A stretch of 20,000 nucleotides of DNA from an uncultured virus (IMG/VR IMGVR_UViG_3300035126_001036) (lineage: Duplodnaviria > Heunggongvirae > Uroviricota > Caudoviricetes), in the IMG/VR virus record IMGVR_UViG_3300035126_001036, positions 118,810 through 138,809 of that record. One strand, given 5' to 3'. How positions within the stretch are numbered: the first letter of the stretch is position 1; each line of letters opens with the position of its first letter. Below, piece by piece: positions 1 through 9,680 of the stretch. The position numbers and the translations under genes are program-made. A model generated the notes under the pieces. It saw nothing but the letters and a program-made list of their open reading frames with translations. It searched no databases and was not told the origin of the DNA.

Positions 1-2
1 AA

Positions 3-200
3 TACTTCCGAGAAATCACTGATGACGATATAAGAAAAAGATTATTTAAAGAAAATGAAGAGCGTGAAGAAGATGACAGTATTTTACCAATAGGTTTTAT
101 AGAAACCGGAATAGAGCCCGAGACCTTTGTTGAAAAAGATTTACTCTGGAATGTAGTTTCTCCGGATGAACTTGTTTCTTTGTGGGATTATAGTTATTAA
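3..200 (+). CDS. gp17: Terminase large subunit, C-terminal end (partial, runs off the left edge)
   Basis: Hand translation from nt 3: YFREITDDDIRKRLFKENEEREEDDSILPIGFIETG...WDYSY* (TAA 198-200). Resembles the cyanomyophage gp17 C-terminus and lies directly upstream of gp18, as in T4-like synteny. Confidence 0.8.
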   Translation, partial: YFREITDDDIRKRLFKENEEREEDDSILPIGFIETGIEPETFVEKDLLWNVVSPDELVSLWDYSY

Positions 201-212
201 GCTCTCCTTTTT

Positions 213-220
213 TCTAAATA
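213..220 (+). promoter_or_regulatory. T4-type late promoter (TCTAAATA)
   Basis: Variant of the gp55-dependent TATAAATA box, 30 nt upstream of the gp18 ATG; GGGAG SD-like motif at 241-245. Confidence 0.75.
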
Positions 221-250
221 ATTAATAGCAAGTATATAAAGGGAGTACAA

Positions 251-2431
251 ATGGCTACACCTCAATTATCTCCTGGGGTTCTAATTAGGGAAGTTGATCT
301 CACAGTAGGTCGTGTTGACAATATTTTAGATAATATTGGCGCTATTGCTGGACCTTTTCCAATTGGTCCTGTCGAAGAAGCAGTAGACATCACCACAGAA
401 CAGGAACTTATCAACGTTTTTGGTAAACCAAAAAATGAAGACTCTCAATATGAATATTGGATTTCAGCATCCTCTTATCTATCTTATGGCGGTATTCTTA
501 AAGTAGCCAGAGTTGATGACGACAATCTGGTTACTGCGAATGCAATTCGCAATGCTGCTGGTGTTTCTACTGCCGGAGAACCGACTCTAAAAATCAAAAA
601 CTTTGATGATTATGAACTAAATTATGATGATGATCTGGCCAACTACGTCTTTGCTGCCAAGACTCCTGGTACTTGGGCAAATGGCCTAAAAGTTTGTGTG
701 ATTGATGACAAAGCTGACCAAATTCTGACTGTAAACTCTTCTACCAGATCTGCCGCATCAGTTGGTTTTGGTGTAACAGTTGCTCTTACTAATCAGGTCA
801 TTGCCGGAGCCGGGTCAACTAGCCTCTTTAATGGCCACCTGAAGGGTATTATTACCGGAGTTGGGGCTTCCACTCTTGACGTAAAAATCACCTCGGTTGT
901 TGCCTCTGGTACTACTGTAGATATCCCAGTAACTTATCAGCAAAGAAATCAGGCGGCTTCTATTCTGGCTGGCAATACCATTTCAGTTGTAAACAGCTCA
1001 GGTTCTGCTACCACTACTCATACTCTTGCTGCTAGTTCAGTAAAAGACTGGTATGATGAGCAATTCCTTGAGCTGGATAATAGCCGAATTCTATGGAGTT
1101 CTATTGCTCCTAAACCAACCACTACTCAGTTTGCCCTAGAGCGTAGTGCCAAAAATGATTCCATTCATGTTGCCATTGTTGACGATAGCGGTAGCGTAAC
1201 CGGAATTCAAGGTAATCTGATAGAGAAGCATCTGTTCCTCTCCAAGGCATCTGATGCAATTTCTGCAGTAAATCCTGCGCAGAAGAATTTCTGGAAGATT
1301 TACATCGCCCAGTTCTCCAATTATGTTTATGCTGGCGATAACCCTTCAGACAATTCTAATCCAAATGAAGTAGTAGTACAAACTGGATTTGCCTCTGGTT
1401 TTACTGGTCTTTCCACTTCACAGGGTCAATGGAATCTTCCTGCCCAAGACAAGACCTTCAGTGCCCTAGGAAACGTTACTTACAATCTCTCTGGTGGTAA
1501 GAACTACACACCAACTGATGGCTACACCGCAACTCTGGGTGGTCTTGTTAGTGCATATCGCCTCTTCTCTAACCGAGATGAAATTGAGGTTGATTATCTA
1601 ATTATGGGTCCTGGTCTTGGTAATAAATTTGAATCACAGGCAAAGGCCCAAGAACTGATTTCAATTGCGAATAATCGTAAGGATTGTATTGCAGTGATTT
1701 CTCCTCATCGGGGCGATGTAGTAGACATCAGTGACTCAAATCAGCAAACCGATGAGATTATTGAGTTCTTCTCCCCATTGAGTTCTTCTTCCTATGCTGT
1801 TTTTGATAGCGGTTATAAGTACACCTTTGATCGTTTCAATAACAAGTTCCGTTACATTCCTTGCAATGCTGACGTTGCAGGTCTAATGGTAAGAACCGCG
1901 ATTGAACTTTATCCTTGGTTCTCTCCTGCTGGTCAGCAAAGAGGTATCCTAAACAATGCTATCAAACTGGCCTACAATCCAAACAAGGCCCAGAGAGATC
2001 GTTTGTATCCTCTACGGATCAATTCCATTGTAAACCAGCCTGGTATCGGGGCTCTTCTGTTTGGTGACAGAACTGCTCTTGGATTTGCCTCAGCATTTGA
2101 TCGTATCAATGTCAGAAAGCTATTCCTTACTGTTGAACAGGCTCTTGAAAGAACTGCTCAGGCTCAACTCTTTGAGCTGAATGATGCCATTACCAGAGCA
2201 AACTTTATCAACATTGTTGAGCCCTATCTAAGGGATGTTCAGGCAAAACGAGGTCTGATTGATTTCCGGGTGATCTGTGACGAAACTAATAACACTCCAG
2301 ATGCTATTGATAATAAGGAATTTAGAGCAGACATTTTCCTAAAGCCCACCAAGTCTATCAACTATGTAACTCTTACATTCGTTGCTACTAGAACTGGGGT
2401 TAGCTTTGAAGAAGTGACTGGACGAGTTTAA
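251..2431 (+). CDS. gp18: Contractile tail sheath protein
   Basis: 726 aa; N-terminal LSPGVLIREVDLT, PWFSPAGQQRG, FDRINVRKLF, C-terminal KPTKSINYVTLTFVATRTGVSFEEV typical of T4-like sheaths. Confidence 0.97.
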   Translation: MATPQLSPGVLIREVDLTVGRVDNILDNIGAIAGPFPIGPVEEAVDITTEQELINVFGKPKNEDSQYEYWISASSYLSYGGILKVARVDDDNLVTANAIRNAAGVSTAGEPTLKIKNFDDYELNYDDDLANYVFAAKTPGTWANGLKVCVIDDKADQILTVNSSTRSAASVGFGVTVALTNQVIAGAGSTSLFNGHLKGIITGVGASTLDVKITSVVASGTTVDIPVTYQQRNQAASILAGNTISVVNSSGSATTTHTLAASSVKDWYDEQFLELDNSRILWSSIAPKPTTTQFALERSAKNDSIHVAIVDDSGSVTGIQGNLIEKHLFLSKASDAISAVNPAQKNFWKIYIAQFSNYVYAGDNPSDNSNPNEVVVQTGFASGFTGLSTSQGQWNLPAQDKTFSALGNVTYNLSGGKNYTPTDGYTATLGGLVSAYRLFSNRDEIEVDYLIMGPGLGNKFESQAKAQELISIANNRKDCIAVISPHRGDVVDISDSNQQTDEIIEFFSPLSSSSYAVFDSGYKYTFDRFNNKFRYIPCNADVAGLMVRTAIELYPWFSPAGQQRGILNNAIKLAYNPNKAQRDRLYPLRINSIVNQPGIGALLFGDRTALGFASAFDRINVRKLFLTVEQALERTAQAQLFELNDAITRANFINIVEPYLRDVQAKRGLIDFRVICDETNNTPDAIDNKEFRADIFLKPTKSINYVTLTFVATRTGVSFEEVTGRV

Positions 2432-2466
2432 TTATAAACCCATTAACTTAAGGAGGATTTTCTAAA

Positions 2467-3087
2467 ATGTCTACTTTACGCACAATCAACGGTTTTAAAT
2501 CAGCCCTAAAAGGTGGTGGTGCTCGCCCTAATCTGTTTGAGGTTGAAATTCCAAGTTTTCCAAATTCCCTTAGTGGTATTTGGGGAACAGAGGAAAAAAC
2601 ATCCTTCAAATTTCTTTGTGATGCAACCTCCATGCCAGCATCAAATATTGATCCAATCAATATTCCTTTCAGGGGTCGTATTATGAAAGTGGCCGGAGAC
2701 CGTACTATTGATATCTGGTCAGTAACCGTAATCAACGATGAGGACTTCAGGCTCCGTTCTGCATTTGAACTCTGGGCTAATCTAATCAACAAACTTGAAA
2801 ATGCAACTGGCGCTACTTCACCAAATGCTTATATGGTTGATGCCTTGGTCCATCAACTTGGTCGGGGTTCTACTAGTTTTTCTGATACTGCTAGTACTGC
2901 CCAAAATAATAGTTCTCTTACTCCACTAAGAACCTATAAAATGTATGATATTTGGCCTTCCAATGTATCAGCAATTGATCTATCTTATGGAACCAACAAT
3001 GAAATCGAGCGGTTTACTGTCGATTTCCAAGTAAACTGGTGGGAAGCCGGTAGTCCAGCAGATCAGGCAAACAGGCCAATTAAGTAA
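2467..3087 (+). CDS. gp19: Tail tube protein
   Basis: 206 aa; GGGARPNLFEV, IPFRGRIMKVAGDRT, WSVTVINDEDF, IERFTVDFQV motifs; AGGAGG SD at 2451-2456; follows gp18. Confidence 0.96.
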   Translation: MSTLRTINGFKSALKGGGARPNLFEVEIPSFPNSLSGIWGTEEKTSFKFLCDATSMPASNIDPINIPFRGRIMKVAGDRTIDIWSVTVINDEDFRLRSAFELWANLINKLENATGATSPNAYMVDALVHQLGRGSTSFSDTASTAQNNSSLTPLRTYKMYDIWPSNVSAIDLSYGTNNEIERFTVDFQVNWWEAGSPADQANRPIK

Positions 3088-3088
3088 C

Positions 3089-3095
3089 CTAAATA
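3089..3095 (+). promoter_or_regulatory. T4-type late promoter (CTAAATA)
   Basis: In the gp19-gp20 intergenic gap. Confidence 0.7.
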
Positions 3096-3117
3096 GGGTG
3101 ATCTTAAAATTTAAATT

Positions 3118-4797
3118 ATGGCAAAGTTATTTGGTTTCTCAATTAATGATCGCACCGAATTAACCCCAAGTACAATCTCCCCCGTTCCTCAAAATGCCGA
3201 GGACGGGGCAGATTATTATCTAACGTCTGGGTTTTTTGGCTCTTATGTTGATATTGAGGGTGTTTATAGAAACGAATTTGAATTAATCAAACGTTATCGA
3301 GAAATGGCACTTCACCCAGAGGTGGACGAGGCCATTGAAGATATTGTAAATGAGGCAATTGTTTCTGATACTTATGACAGTCCGGTTCAGATTGAATTGT
3401 CTAATCTAAATGCTAGTGATGGTATTAAGACAAAAATCAGAGAGGAATTTAAACACGTTCTAAAACTTCTTGATTTTGATAAAAAATGTCACGAGATTTA
3501 TAGAAATTGGTATGTTGATGGTAGACTTTATTACCATAAGGTTATTGATCTTAAAAAACCAGAACTAGGAATTCAAGAACTTCGGTATATTGACAGCCTG
3601 AAGATGAGGTATATCCGAAAGGCCAAGCAAGATAAGAGTAATAATAGAATTCTTCAACACGATCCTAGAAATAGTGATCCAATGACTTATAAGTTCCCCG
3701 AAATGGAGGAATATTTTCTTTATAGTCCAAGACCATCTTATCCAAATTCTGGAACCAATATTTCTTCAGCAAGAAATGATAATGATGGTGAAATTAAACT
3801 AGCCAAAGATAGTGTAACTTTTTGTACTTCTGGTCTGATTGATCGCAATAAAAATATTACTCTTTCTTATCTCAATAAGGCAATTAAATCTCTTAATCAA
3901 CTTAGAATGATTGAGGATAGTATTGTAATTTATCGAATGGTTAGAGGGACCGAGAGAAGAATTTTCTATATTGATGTGGGTAATATGCCCAAAGTCAAGG
4001 CCGAGCAGTATCTCAGAGAAACAATGATGAGATACCGAAATAAGATGAATTATAATATTGAAACCGGAGAAGTTTCAAACGACAGAAGATTCCAGAGTCT
4101 TATGGATGATTATTGGCTTCCAAGACGAGAAGGTGGAAGAGGAACTGAGGTAACTACTCTCCCTGGATCACAGAATCTTGGAGAACTAACTGACCTTAAT
4201 TATTTCCAGAGAAAACTTTATAAGTCATTGAATGTTCCGTCCTCAAGAATTGATGGTGAAAGTGGTTTTAACCTAGGTAGGTCTTCAGAAATTCTCAGAG
4301 ACGAAGTTAAGTTTTCAAAGTTTGTGGGGAGACTTAGAAAACGATTCTCTAGGTTGTTTGTGGACCTTCTAAGAACTCAATTGATTCTTAAGAATATTAT
4401 TACTCCAGAAGATTGGGCCGAGATGAGTGAGCATATTCAATTTGATTTCCTTTATGATAATCATTTTGCAGAACTCAAAGAATCTGAGCTTCTCACCGAA
4501 AGACTGAATATGGTCTCAATGGCCGAGCCTTATATTGGAAGATTTTATTCCCAGGATTATGTTAGAAGGAAAGTTCTTAGACAGACTGATGAAGAAATTG
4601 TTGAACAAGATGCTCTGATTCAAAAGGAAATTGAGACCGGAGTTATCCCAGATCCTTCTATTCCTATTGATCCAGAAACCGGGCAGCCTCTCGCAGAACC
4701 ACCACCAGAGGAAATTGAAGGTGATATGGGTAAGGTTCCAACAGAACCAGAAGTCAAAACAAAGGCAGTAGAAATGCCAAAAGGTGGCGACATCTAA
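3118..4797 (+). CDS. gp20: Portal vertex protein
   Basis: 559 aa; MAKLFGFSI, YREMALHPEVD, RNWYVDGR, ERRIFYIDVGN, DYWLPRREGGRGTE, SEILRDEVKFSKFV motifs. Confidence 0.98.
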   Translation: MAKLFGFSINDRTELTPSTISPVPQNAEDGADYYLTSGFFGSYVDIEGVYRNEFELIKRYREMALHPEVDEAIEDIVNEAIVSDTYDSPVQIELSNLNASDGIKTKIREEFKHVLKLLDFDKKCHEIYRNWYVDGRLYYHKVIDLKKPELGIQELRYIDSLKMRYIRKAKQDKSNNRILQHDPRNSDPMTYKFPEMEEYFLYSPRPSYPNSGTNISSARNDNDGEIKLAKDSVTFCTSGLIDRNKNITLSYLNKAIKSLNQLRMIEDSIVIYRMVRGTERRIFYIDVGNMPKVKAEQYLRETMMRYRNKMNYNIETGEVSNDRRFQSLMDDYWLPRREGGRGTEVTTLPGSQNLGELTDLNYFQRKLYKSLNVPSSRIDGESGFNLGRSSEILRDEVKFSKFVGRLRKRFSRLFVDLLRTQLILKNIITPEDWAEMSEHIQFDFLYDNHFAELKESELLTERLNMVSMAEPYIGRFYSQDYVRRKVLRQTDEEIVEQDALIQKEIETGVIPDPSIPIDPETGQPLAEPPPEEIEGDMGKVPTEPEVKTKAVEMPKGGDI

Positions 4798-4800
4798 ATA
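4794..4800 (+). promoter_or_regulatory. T4-type late promoter (CTAAATA) overlapping the gp20 stop codon
   Basis: CTAAATA contains the gp20 TAA (4795-4797); 23 nt upstream of the next ATG. Confidence 0.7.
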
Positions 4801-4823
4801 GTAGCAGTTCATTATAAACAACC

Positions 4824-4973
4824 ATGGAAGAACTAATTAATGCCATTATTGAGGATGAATCTCCTTCTGCTATCAGCGATGCAATCAAAAATATTCTTTC
4901 TGTCAAGGCAGTAGAAAAAATTGATGAATACCGGCCAGAAGTTGCTGCTAGTATGTTTAACGTAAATGAGTGA
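4824..4973 (+). CDS. Small conserved protein downstream of the portal (gp67-like prohead core position); not in the ORF track
   Basis: Hand translation, 49 aa: MEELINAIIEDESPSAISDAIKNILSVKAVEKIDEYRPEVAASMFNVNE*. Resembles the small acidic cyanophage protein that follows g20; has its own late promoter. Confidence 0.8.
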   Translation: MEELINAIIEDESPSAISDAIKNILSVKAVEKIDEYRPEVAASMFNVNE

Positions 4974-5625
4974 TCTTTCAGATTTCTTTAAACTAGTATC
5001 TGAAGAAAAAAGAAAGGCCAAGGAGGAATTGGATGAATTAATATCCAATTCCTTTGAAGAATCTTTTGTTAAACCCCTAATCGAACAGAAATCTAGACCA
5101 AAAAAGAAGAAAAAAGAAGAGACATCTTTTGGTCAACCAACTCTCATTCAAAAATCCCTGGGGCTTCTTGCGGAACCAATTAAAACAAATAATTCTGATC
5201 CGTTAACTCCTCTTAATCAAAACTTTCTTACTCTAGAAGAATTCCAAAAGCACTATAAGATCTTTATTGATCGGGTTCAACAACAGCTCTCTACCCTAGG
5301 TGGAGGTGGTGAAACTAATCTGACTTTTATGGATGTTCCAATGACATCCGTAACTTCTTCTTTTTATCAAATAGTTCCACAAGACTATTATATTGGAGTA
5401 AATTTCTCAGGTGCAGTAACAATTGTACTTCCTAAAGCCGAAAGAGAGGGGAAGATTTTTGTTGTAAAGGACGAGTTAGGAGAAGCATCCAAAGGAACCA
5501 ATCGATACATCACTATTTTACCATCAAGTTCAGATTTAATTGATGGAAGAGATCGGGCAATTCTTGCTTATAATTTTGGATCTCTTACCTTCATTTGGAG
5601 AAATAATTCTTGGAGAGTCATCTAA
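4966..5625 (+). CDS. Putative virion structural protein with a fibre/decoration-like C-terminal module
   Basis: 219 aa; DPLTPLNQNF...QQLSTLGGGGE segment resembling cyanophage virion proteins, then a beta-rich DYYIGVN...TIVLP...GKIFVVKDE...IDG module ending in WRVI. Confidence 0.55.
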   Translation: MSDLSDFFKLVSEEKRKAKEELDELISNSFEESFVKPLIEQKSRPKKKKKEETSFGQPTLIQKSLGLLAEPIKTNNSDPLTPLNQNFLTLEEFQKHYKIFIDRVQQQLSTLGGGGETNLTFMDVPMTSVTSSFYQIVPQDYYIGVNFSGAVTIVLPKAEREGKIFVVKDELGEASKGTNRYITILPSSSDLIDGRDRAILAYNFGSLTFIWRNNSWRVI

Positions 5626-6882
5626 ATGTCACACCTTTATGAACCATATAAACCTCAAGATGATGCTTTTGGTAGGGCAAGAGTTTCTGAGCCATTTACC
5701 CTAGGTGATTATAAACATCTTTATTCAATTGATCCAGATTTTATTGATGTTTATTCTGGAATCGGCGCCACATTGACTTTTAACGTCAACCAGGCAGCCG
5801 CGAATCTTCAATCTGGTATTTCTACTAATGGTTATACAATTCATCAGACAAAAAGATATCATCATTATATGCCAGGTAAATCTCAATTGATTTACTCCTC
5901 TTTTAACTTTGGACAACCTCAACAAAATGTAATCAAGAGGACCGGTTATTTTGATGATAGGGACGGAATTTATTTTGAACAGGATCAAAATGGAAATCTT
6001 AATTTTGTAATTCGTTCTTTTGTTAATGCCGGTATTGGTAATTCGGAAAGAAGAATTCCACAATCTCAATGGAACAAAGATCAACTTGATGGAAGTGGCG
6101 TCTCTGGATTTGATTTAGACATTACAAAAACTCAACTTTTCTTTACCGATTTTGAATGGCTTGGTGTTGGTAGAGTTCGTTGTGGATTTAGTCTTGATGG
6201 TAAGAATATTGTTGCACATGAATTTTATAATTCTAATAATGTTGATACCGTTTACATGTCAAATCCCAATCTCCCAGTAAGATGTGAAATTAGAAACACT
6301 GGAACTCAAGTTGGTGCTGGGGGGTCTTTTATCCAAATTTGCTCTACTGTGATGAGTGAGGGTGGTTATACAGAGGCTGGAAGAGAATTTTCTCATGCAA
6401 CTTCTTTAAGATCTGTTGGTGTTGGATCAACAGTTCCTGTTCTGGCAATTAAACTTAAAAATTCTTTTAAAGGTTATCCAAATAGAGCTACGGTAAAATT
6501 AGAGGATATTTCAGTTTTTAGTGTTGGATCAAATATAAAGTATGAGGTAGTAAAAATTAATAGTGCCGTGGGTTTGAGTACAACCGGGACCTGGATTTCT
6601 GAACACCCCGAATCTGTTGTTGAATACAACCAAACTGCAACCGGAGTTGGAACAACTCTATTTGAGGATTTTATGAGTGGATATGCTTCTGGTGACAGTC
6701 AAAATGTAAATAAACCAGCCGCAACTTTTTCTAACATTCAATCTGGCCCCACATCAAAGAAAAATTTCTTGTCTCAGAATTATAATTCAACCAATTCTGA
6801 GATTTTTTCTGTAATAGTTACCAATATTGGTTCTAATTCAACAAATGTTGGTGTTTCTTTGAGGTGGAAAGAGATTTATTGA
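5626..6882 (+). CDS. Putative virion structural protein (DAFGR-x-RVS family)
   Basis: 418 aa; DAFGRARVSEPFTL, QTKRYHHYMPGKSQL, DFEWLGVGRVRCGF, YMSNPNLPVRCEI motifs recalled from a widespread phage hypothetical family; coupled to the previous gene by TAAATG. Confidence 0.6.
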   Translation: MSHLYEPYKPQDDAFGRARVSEPFTLGDYKHLYSIDPDFIDVYSGIGATLTFNVNQAAANLQSGISTNGYTIHQTKRYHHYMPGKSQLIYSSFNFGQPQQNVIKRTGYFDDRDGIYFEQDQNGNLNFVIRSFVNAGIGNSERRIPQSQWNKDQLDGSGVSGFDLDITKTQLFFTDFEWLGVGRVRCGFSLDGKNIVAHEFYNSNNVDTVYMSNPNLPVRCEIRNTGTQVGAGGSFIQICSTVMSEGGYTEAGREFSHATSLRSVGVGSTVPVLAIKLKNSFKGYPNRATVKLEDISVFSVGSNIKYEVVKINSAVGLSTTGTWISEHPESVVEYNQTATGVGTTLFEDFMSGYASGDSQNVNKPAATFSNIQSGPTSKKNFLSQNYNSTNSEIFSVIVTNIGSNSTNVGVSLRWKEIY

Positions 6883-6902
6883 CTAAATAGTTTTAATAAA
6901 TA
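6883..6902 (+). promoter_or_regulatory. Tandem late promoter boxes (CTAAATA 6883-6889; ATAAATA 6896-6902)
   Basis: Intergenic, upstream of ORF 6924 and the GC-rich island. Confidence 0.7.
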
Positions 6903-6923
6903 ACTAAAGAAACCCCGTTAAAA

Positions 6924-7259
6924 ATGTCGCTTCTTGATAAAAAATCCTCAGTAAAATTAAATTCTGGACAACTTGTTCAGGGAGTTGCTGTAGTTGATAG
7001 TGACGGAAATCAAGTTACTTCATTTGGGGGTAGTGGAGGTGGTTCTACAACTGTCGGGGTAGTAACAGTTTCTAATACCGTTTCTAATCCAGTTCCGGTT
7101 ATTTCTGGACTAAATATTCCAAACCACAATAGAGTATCCCTTGCATATTCGGGATCTAATTTAGTTGGTGTTGCATACAGTTTTAATAATGTCGGTGTTG
7201 CTACTTTAACTCTTTCTTATGATGGGAGTAATAACCTTATTTCGGTCGTTAGGAGTTGA
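6924..7259 (+). CDS. Small beta-rich putative virion/fibre-associated protein
   Basis: 111 aa; C-terminal IPNHNRVSLAYSGSNL...VATLTLSYDGSNNLISVVRS resembles small proteins found next to phage fibre genes; backbone-like AT-rich DNA. Confidence 0.6.
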   Translation: MSLLDKKSSVKLNSGQLVQGVAVVDSDGNQVTSFGGSGGGSTTVGVVTVSNTVSNPVPVISGLNIPNHNRVSLAYSGSNLVGVAYSFNNVGVATLTLSYDGSNNLISVVRS

Positions 7260-7264
7260 TTTTT

Positions 7265-8323
7265 ATGCAATATAAGTTCAACCCATTTACTGGAACCCTG
7301 GATGCGGCTGGCGGCGGCAACCCTGCTGGAAACAGTGGCGACATTCAGCTAAACCTGGATGGCGCCTTCGGTGCTGTTTCCGGTTTTCGCTGGATCACTG
7401 GTGAATTGCAGGTTCCGGGTGACATCAAACTTGATGACGGCGGCGGCTTCACTACAACAATTCAGTGTGTAACGCCGACCAGGAACAACACCATCTCATT
7501 CCCTGATCAGACGGGGACTGTGGCCTTGGTGGGCGGCTCTACTGGGCAGCTTGTCTACAACCTGAATGGTTCGTATCAAGGCGTCAGCACGATGACGTTT
7601 GATGGCACGTCAGTTACTCTGGCTGGCCGTTTGATCAACAGCTATACAAGTCTGGCTAGTGCTCCAGCCAAACATTTCACCGGCTCGTGGTTCACGGGCG
7701 GCACCAGCACAACCACCAAGCCGCACTTCCTGATCGAGCCTGCGGGCACTACGTCTACCGCCTGGAGCGCGTCTGGCACAGGCCTGGGGGTGAATGCGCC
7801 GAGCGGGTTTGCGGGGAACCTGCTGGACCTGCAGATGAATGGAGTAACTACTGTCTATGCCACCGCCGCTGGTTTGCTGGGCGCTACTACTGCAAACATT
7901 GGATCTACTATTATAAGCAGTACTGGCGTTACGCTAGTAAATACCAGAAACATAACCTTTACAGGAAGTCTTGTCGGCACAGTCAACTGGGGCGATCTTT
8001 TTATTGCTCGTGACGCCGCTAACACCCTCGCCCAACGCAACGACGCCAACGCCCAGACCAGCCGCATCTACAACACCTTCACCAGCGCCACAAACTTCGA
8101 GCGGGCAAAAATCGAATGGGCCAGCAACATCCTGCGCATCGGCACCGAGAAAGGCTCCGCAGGCGGCACAGCCCGCGACATGGAGCTACAGACCGATGGC
8201 ACAACACGAATCACGGTGAAGGCTAACGGGGCCATCCTGTTCTCAGGTATTCCCACCTCTAACCCGAACGTCGCGGGCCAGTTGTGGAACGACGGCGGAA
8301 CCCTGAAAATCTCCGCCGGTTAA
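7265..8323 (+). CDS. Fibre-like protein, chimeric (AT-rich start fused to a GC-rich body)
   Basis: Likely start ATG 7265 (352 aa). N-terminal YKFNPFTGTLD motif; G/T/S/A-rich; ISFPDQTGTVAL shaft-like motif; C-terminal IPTSNPNVAGQLWNDGGTLKIS motif typical of phage fibre proteins. Confidence 0.65.
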   Translation: MQYKFNPFTGTLDAAGGGNPAGNSGDIQLNLDGAFGAVSGFRWITGELQVPGDIKLDDGGGFTTTIQCVTPTRNNTISFPDQTGTVALVGGSTGQLVYNLNGSYQGVSTMTFDGTSVTLAGRLINSYTSLASAPAKHFTGSWFTGGTSTTTKPHFLIEPAGTTSTAWSASGTGLGVNAPSGFAGNLLDLQMNGVTTVYATAAGLLGATTANIGSTIISSTGVTLVNTRNITFTGSLVGTVNWGDLFIARDAANTLAQRNDANAQTSRIYNTFTSATNFERAKIEWASNILRIGTEKGSAGGTARDMELQTDGTTRITVKANGAILFSGIPTSNPNVAGQLWNDGGTLKISAG

Positions 8324-8328
8324 TCACC

Positions 8329-8913
8329 ATGCCCCTTTCCTCTCTCACGATCACCCTCACCGACACCCGCCTAATTGATGGCTGGGTAGAGGCCGCCAAT
8401 CGTAACGGCACCACGCCTGAGCAGCTTGCGCTGGAGTTTCTACAGCATCAAGGCCGAGTCTATGCCGACCTGAATCGCATCGGGTTGATCACCAGCTCTG
8501 GATTCATTCGCCGGTTCTCAGCCGCTGAGTACGGAGCGATTCTTGCCGCTGCCGAGCAGTCCCCGCATGTGGCCGCCCTGGTAGATGAGCTGACCAACTC
8601 TCCCACAGTGGCGCTTGACGACCCCCGCCTTGAGCCTGGCCTGCAGGCATTGGCAGCCGCTGGCCTGATCGCTGCCGAACGCATCCCGGTGATTTTGGCG
8701 TATGCGCGTCCTGAGCCCGGAGGCCAGCGCCCTACCAATCCGCAGCGGTTTGACGTGTTCACAGCCCCAGACGGTAGCCAGTGGATGTGGGATCAGCCCC
8801 GCGCCGCTGACGGCGCCTACGCCCAGGACGACCCTGCCACCGAGGCCGTGGAATCGGCTATGCGCTGGGTGCGCGTCACAGAGGACGACGAAGATGGAGG
8901 TGGCGACGGATGA
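8329..8913 (+). CDS. Putative fibre assembly chaperone-like protein with an extra C-terminal module
   Basis: Likely start ATG 8329, 5 nt after the fibre stop (194 aa). Helical FIRRFSAAEYGAI...VALDDPRLEPGLQALAAAGLIAAERIPVIL resembles small proteins encoded downstream of fibres; acidic tail QPRAADGAYAQDDPATEAVE. Confidence 0.45.
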   Translation: MPLSSLTITLTDTRLIDGWVEAANRNGTTPEQLALEFLQHQGRVYADLNRIGLITSSGFIRRFSAAEYGAILAAAEQSPHVAALVDELTNSPTVALDDPRLEPGLQALAAAGLIAAERIPVILAYARPEPGGQRPTNPQRFDVFTAPDGSQWMWDQPRAADGAYAQDDPATEAVESAMRWVRVTEDDEDGGGDG

Positions 8914-9680
8914 CGTTGATATGGCGCCCAGGCTACATAACAACATTTGCCGATCCTGATGTTCAGTCGTATTTGACAAGGGTAGAGGAGGCCGATAATC
9001 AGAGATTGGAATACCCCGTAGCGGTGGCGATTGATGAGTTTATTAGGGGCTGCAAGGCTGATGGGATCTGGAACGCGATCAAAGCCTCCTGCATCATGGC
9101 CGGCGCCCGCACACTGGCCGGTGCGTTGGTGCCGCTGGTGGGTACTGCGCCGACGAACTTTAACTTTGTGGCGGGGGATTACAACCGGAAGACGGGGCTG
9201 GTGGGGAATGGGAGCAATAAGTATTTGGATAGCAATAGGAATAATAATGCGGATCCGCAGGATAGTAAACATGTTGCTGCCTATGTCGTTTCAATTGGCA
9301 GCGGTGGTGGGCGACCGTTTGTTGCGACATCAGCCGGAACAGGTCGGACATTTATCAATGATCTCGTTCAAGTTACGGTAAACAGATCGGCATTCAACGT
9401 TGCTACTGCCGTTGTTGCCCCGTGCCTTGCCGGGGCGTCTCGCAATTCATCTGCAACATTTGACCTTCGGAGAAACAACCAAACTGTTTCTTTTACAGGG
9501 GTAACTTCGGAAACCCCATTGAACCAAAATCTTTTCGTATACAGGCGCCAAGGAGCAACTATCACTGAATACTCGGACGCCCGCATCTCATTCTACAGCA
9601 TAGGCGAATCCCTGGACCTCGCCCTGCTCGACGCCCGCATCACCACCCTAATCAACAGATTCGCAGTCGTAATACCATGA
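8910..9680 (+). CDS. Cassette paralog 1, putative receptor-binding/lectin-like virion protein
   Basis: 256 aa; GGAGG SD at 8896-8900, ATGA overlap; conserved GCKADGIWxAIKASCI..GARTL.GALVPLV and YSIGESLDL.LLDAR blocks shared with the next two genes. Function inferred. Confidence 0.7.
   Translation: MTLIWRPGYITTFADPDVQSYLTRVEEADNQRLEYPVAVAIDEFIRGCKADGIWNAIKASCIMAGARTLAGALVPLVGTAPTNFNFVAGDYNRKTGLVGNGSNKYLDSNRNNNADPQDSKHVAAYVVSIGSGGGRPFVATSAGTGRTFINDLVQVTVNRSAFNVATAVVAPCLAGASRNSSATFDLRRNNQTVSFTGVTSETPLNQNLFVYRRQGATITEYSDARISFYSIGESLDLALLDARITTLINRFAVVIP
9075..9172 (+). repeat. Upstream conserved arm, copy 1 (direct repeat of 9860-9957)
   Basis: 98-nt alignment to 9860-9957 with only two mismatches (C/T at 9104 and 9158), both synonymous. 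Confidence 0.95.
9576..9680 (+). repeat. Downstream conserved arm, copy 1 (homologous to 10367-10471 and 11217-11321)
   Basis: Shared GGCGAATCCCTRGACCTCG...CTCGACGCCCGC...CCATGA core in all three paralogs. Confidence 0.9.
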
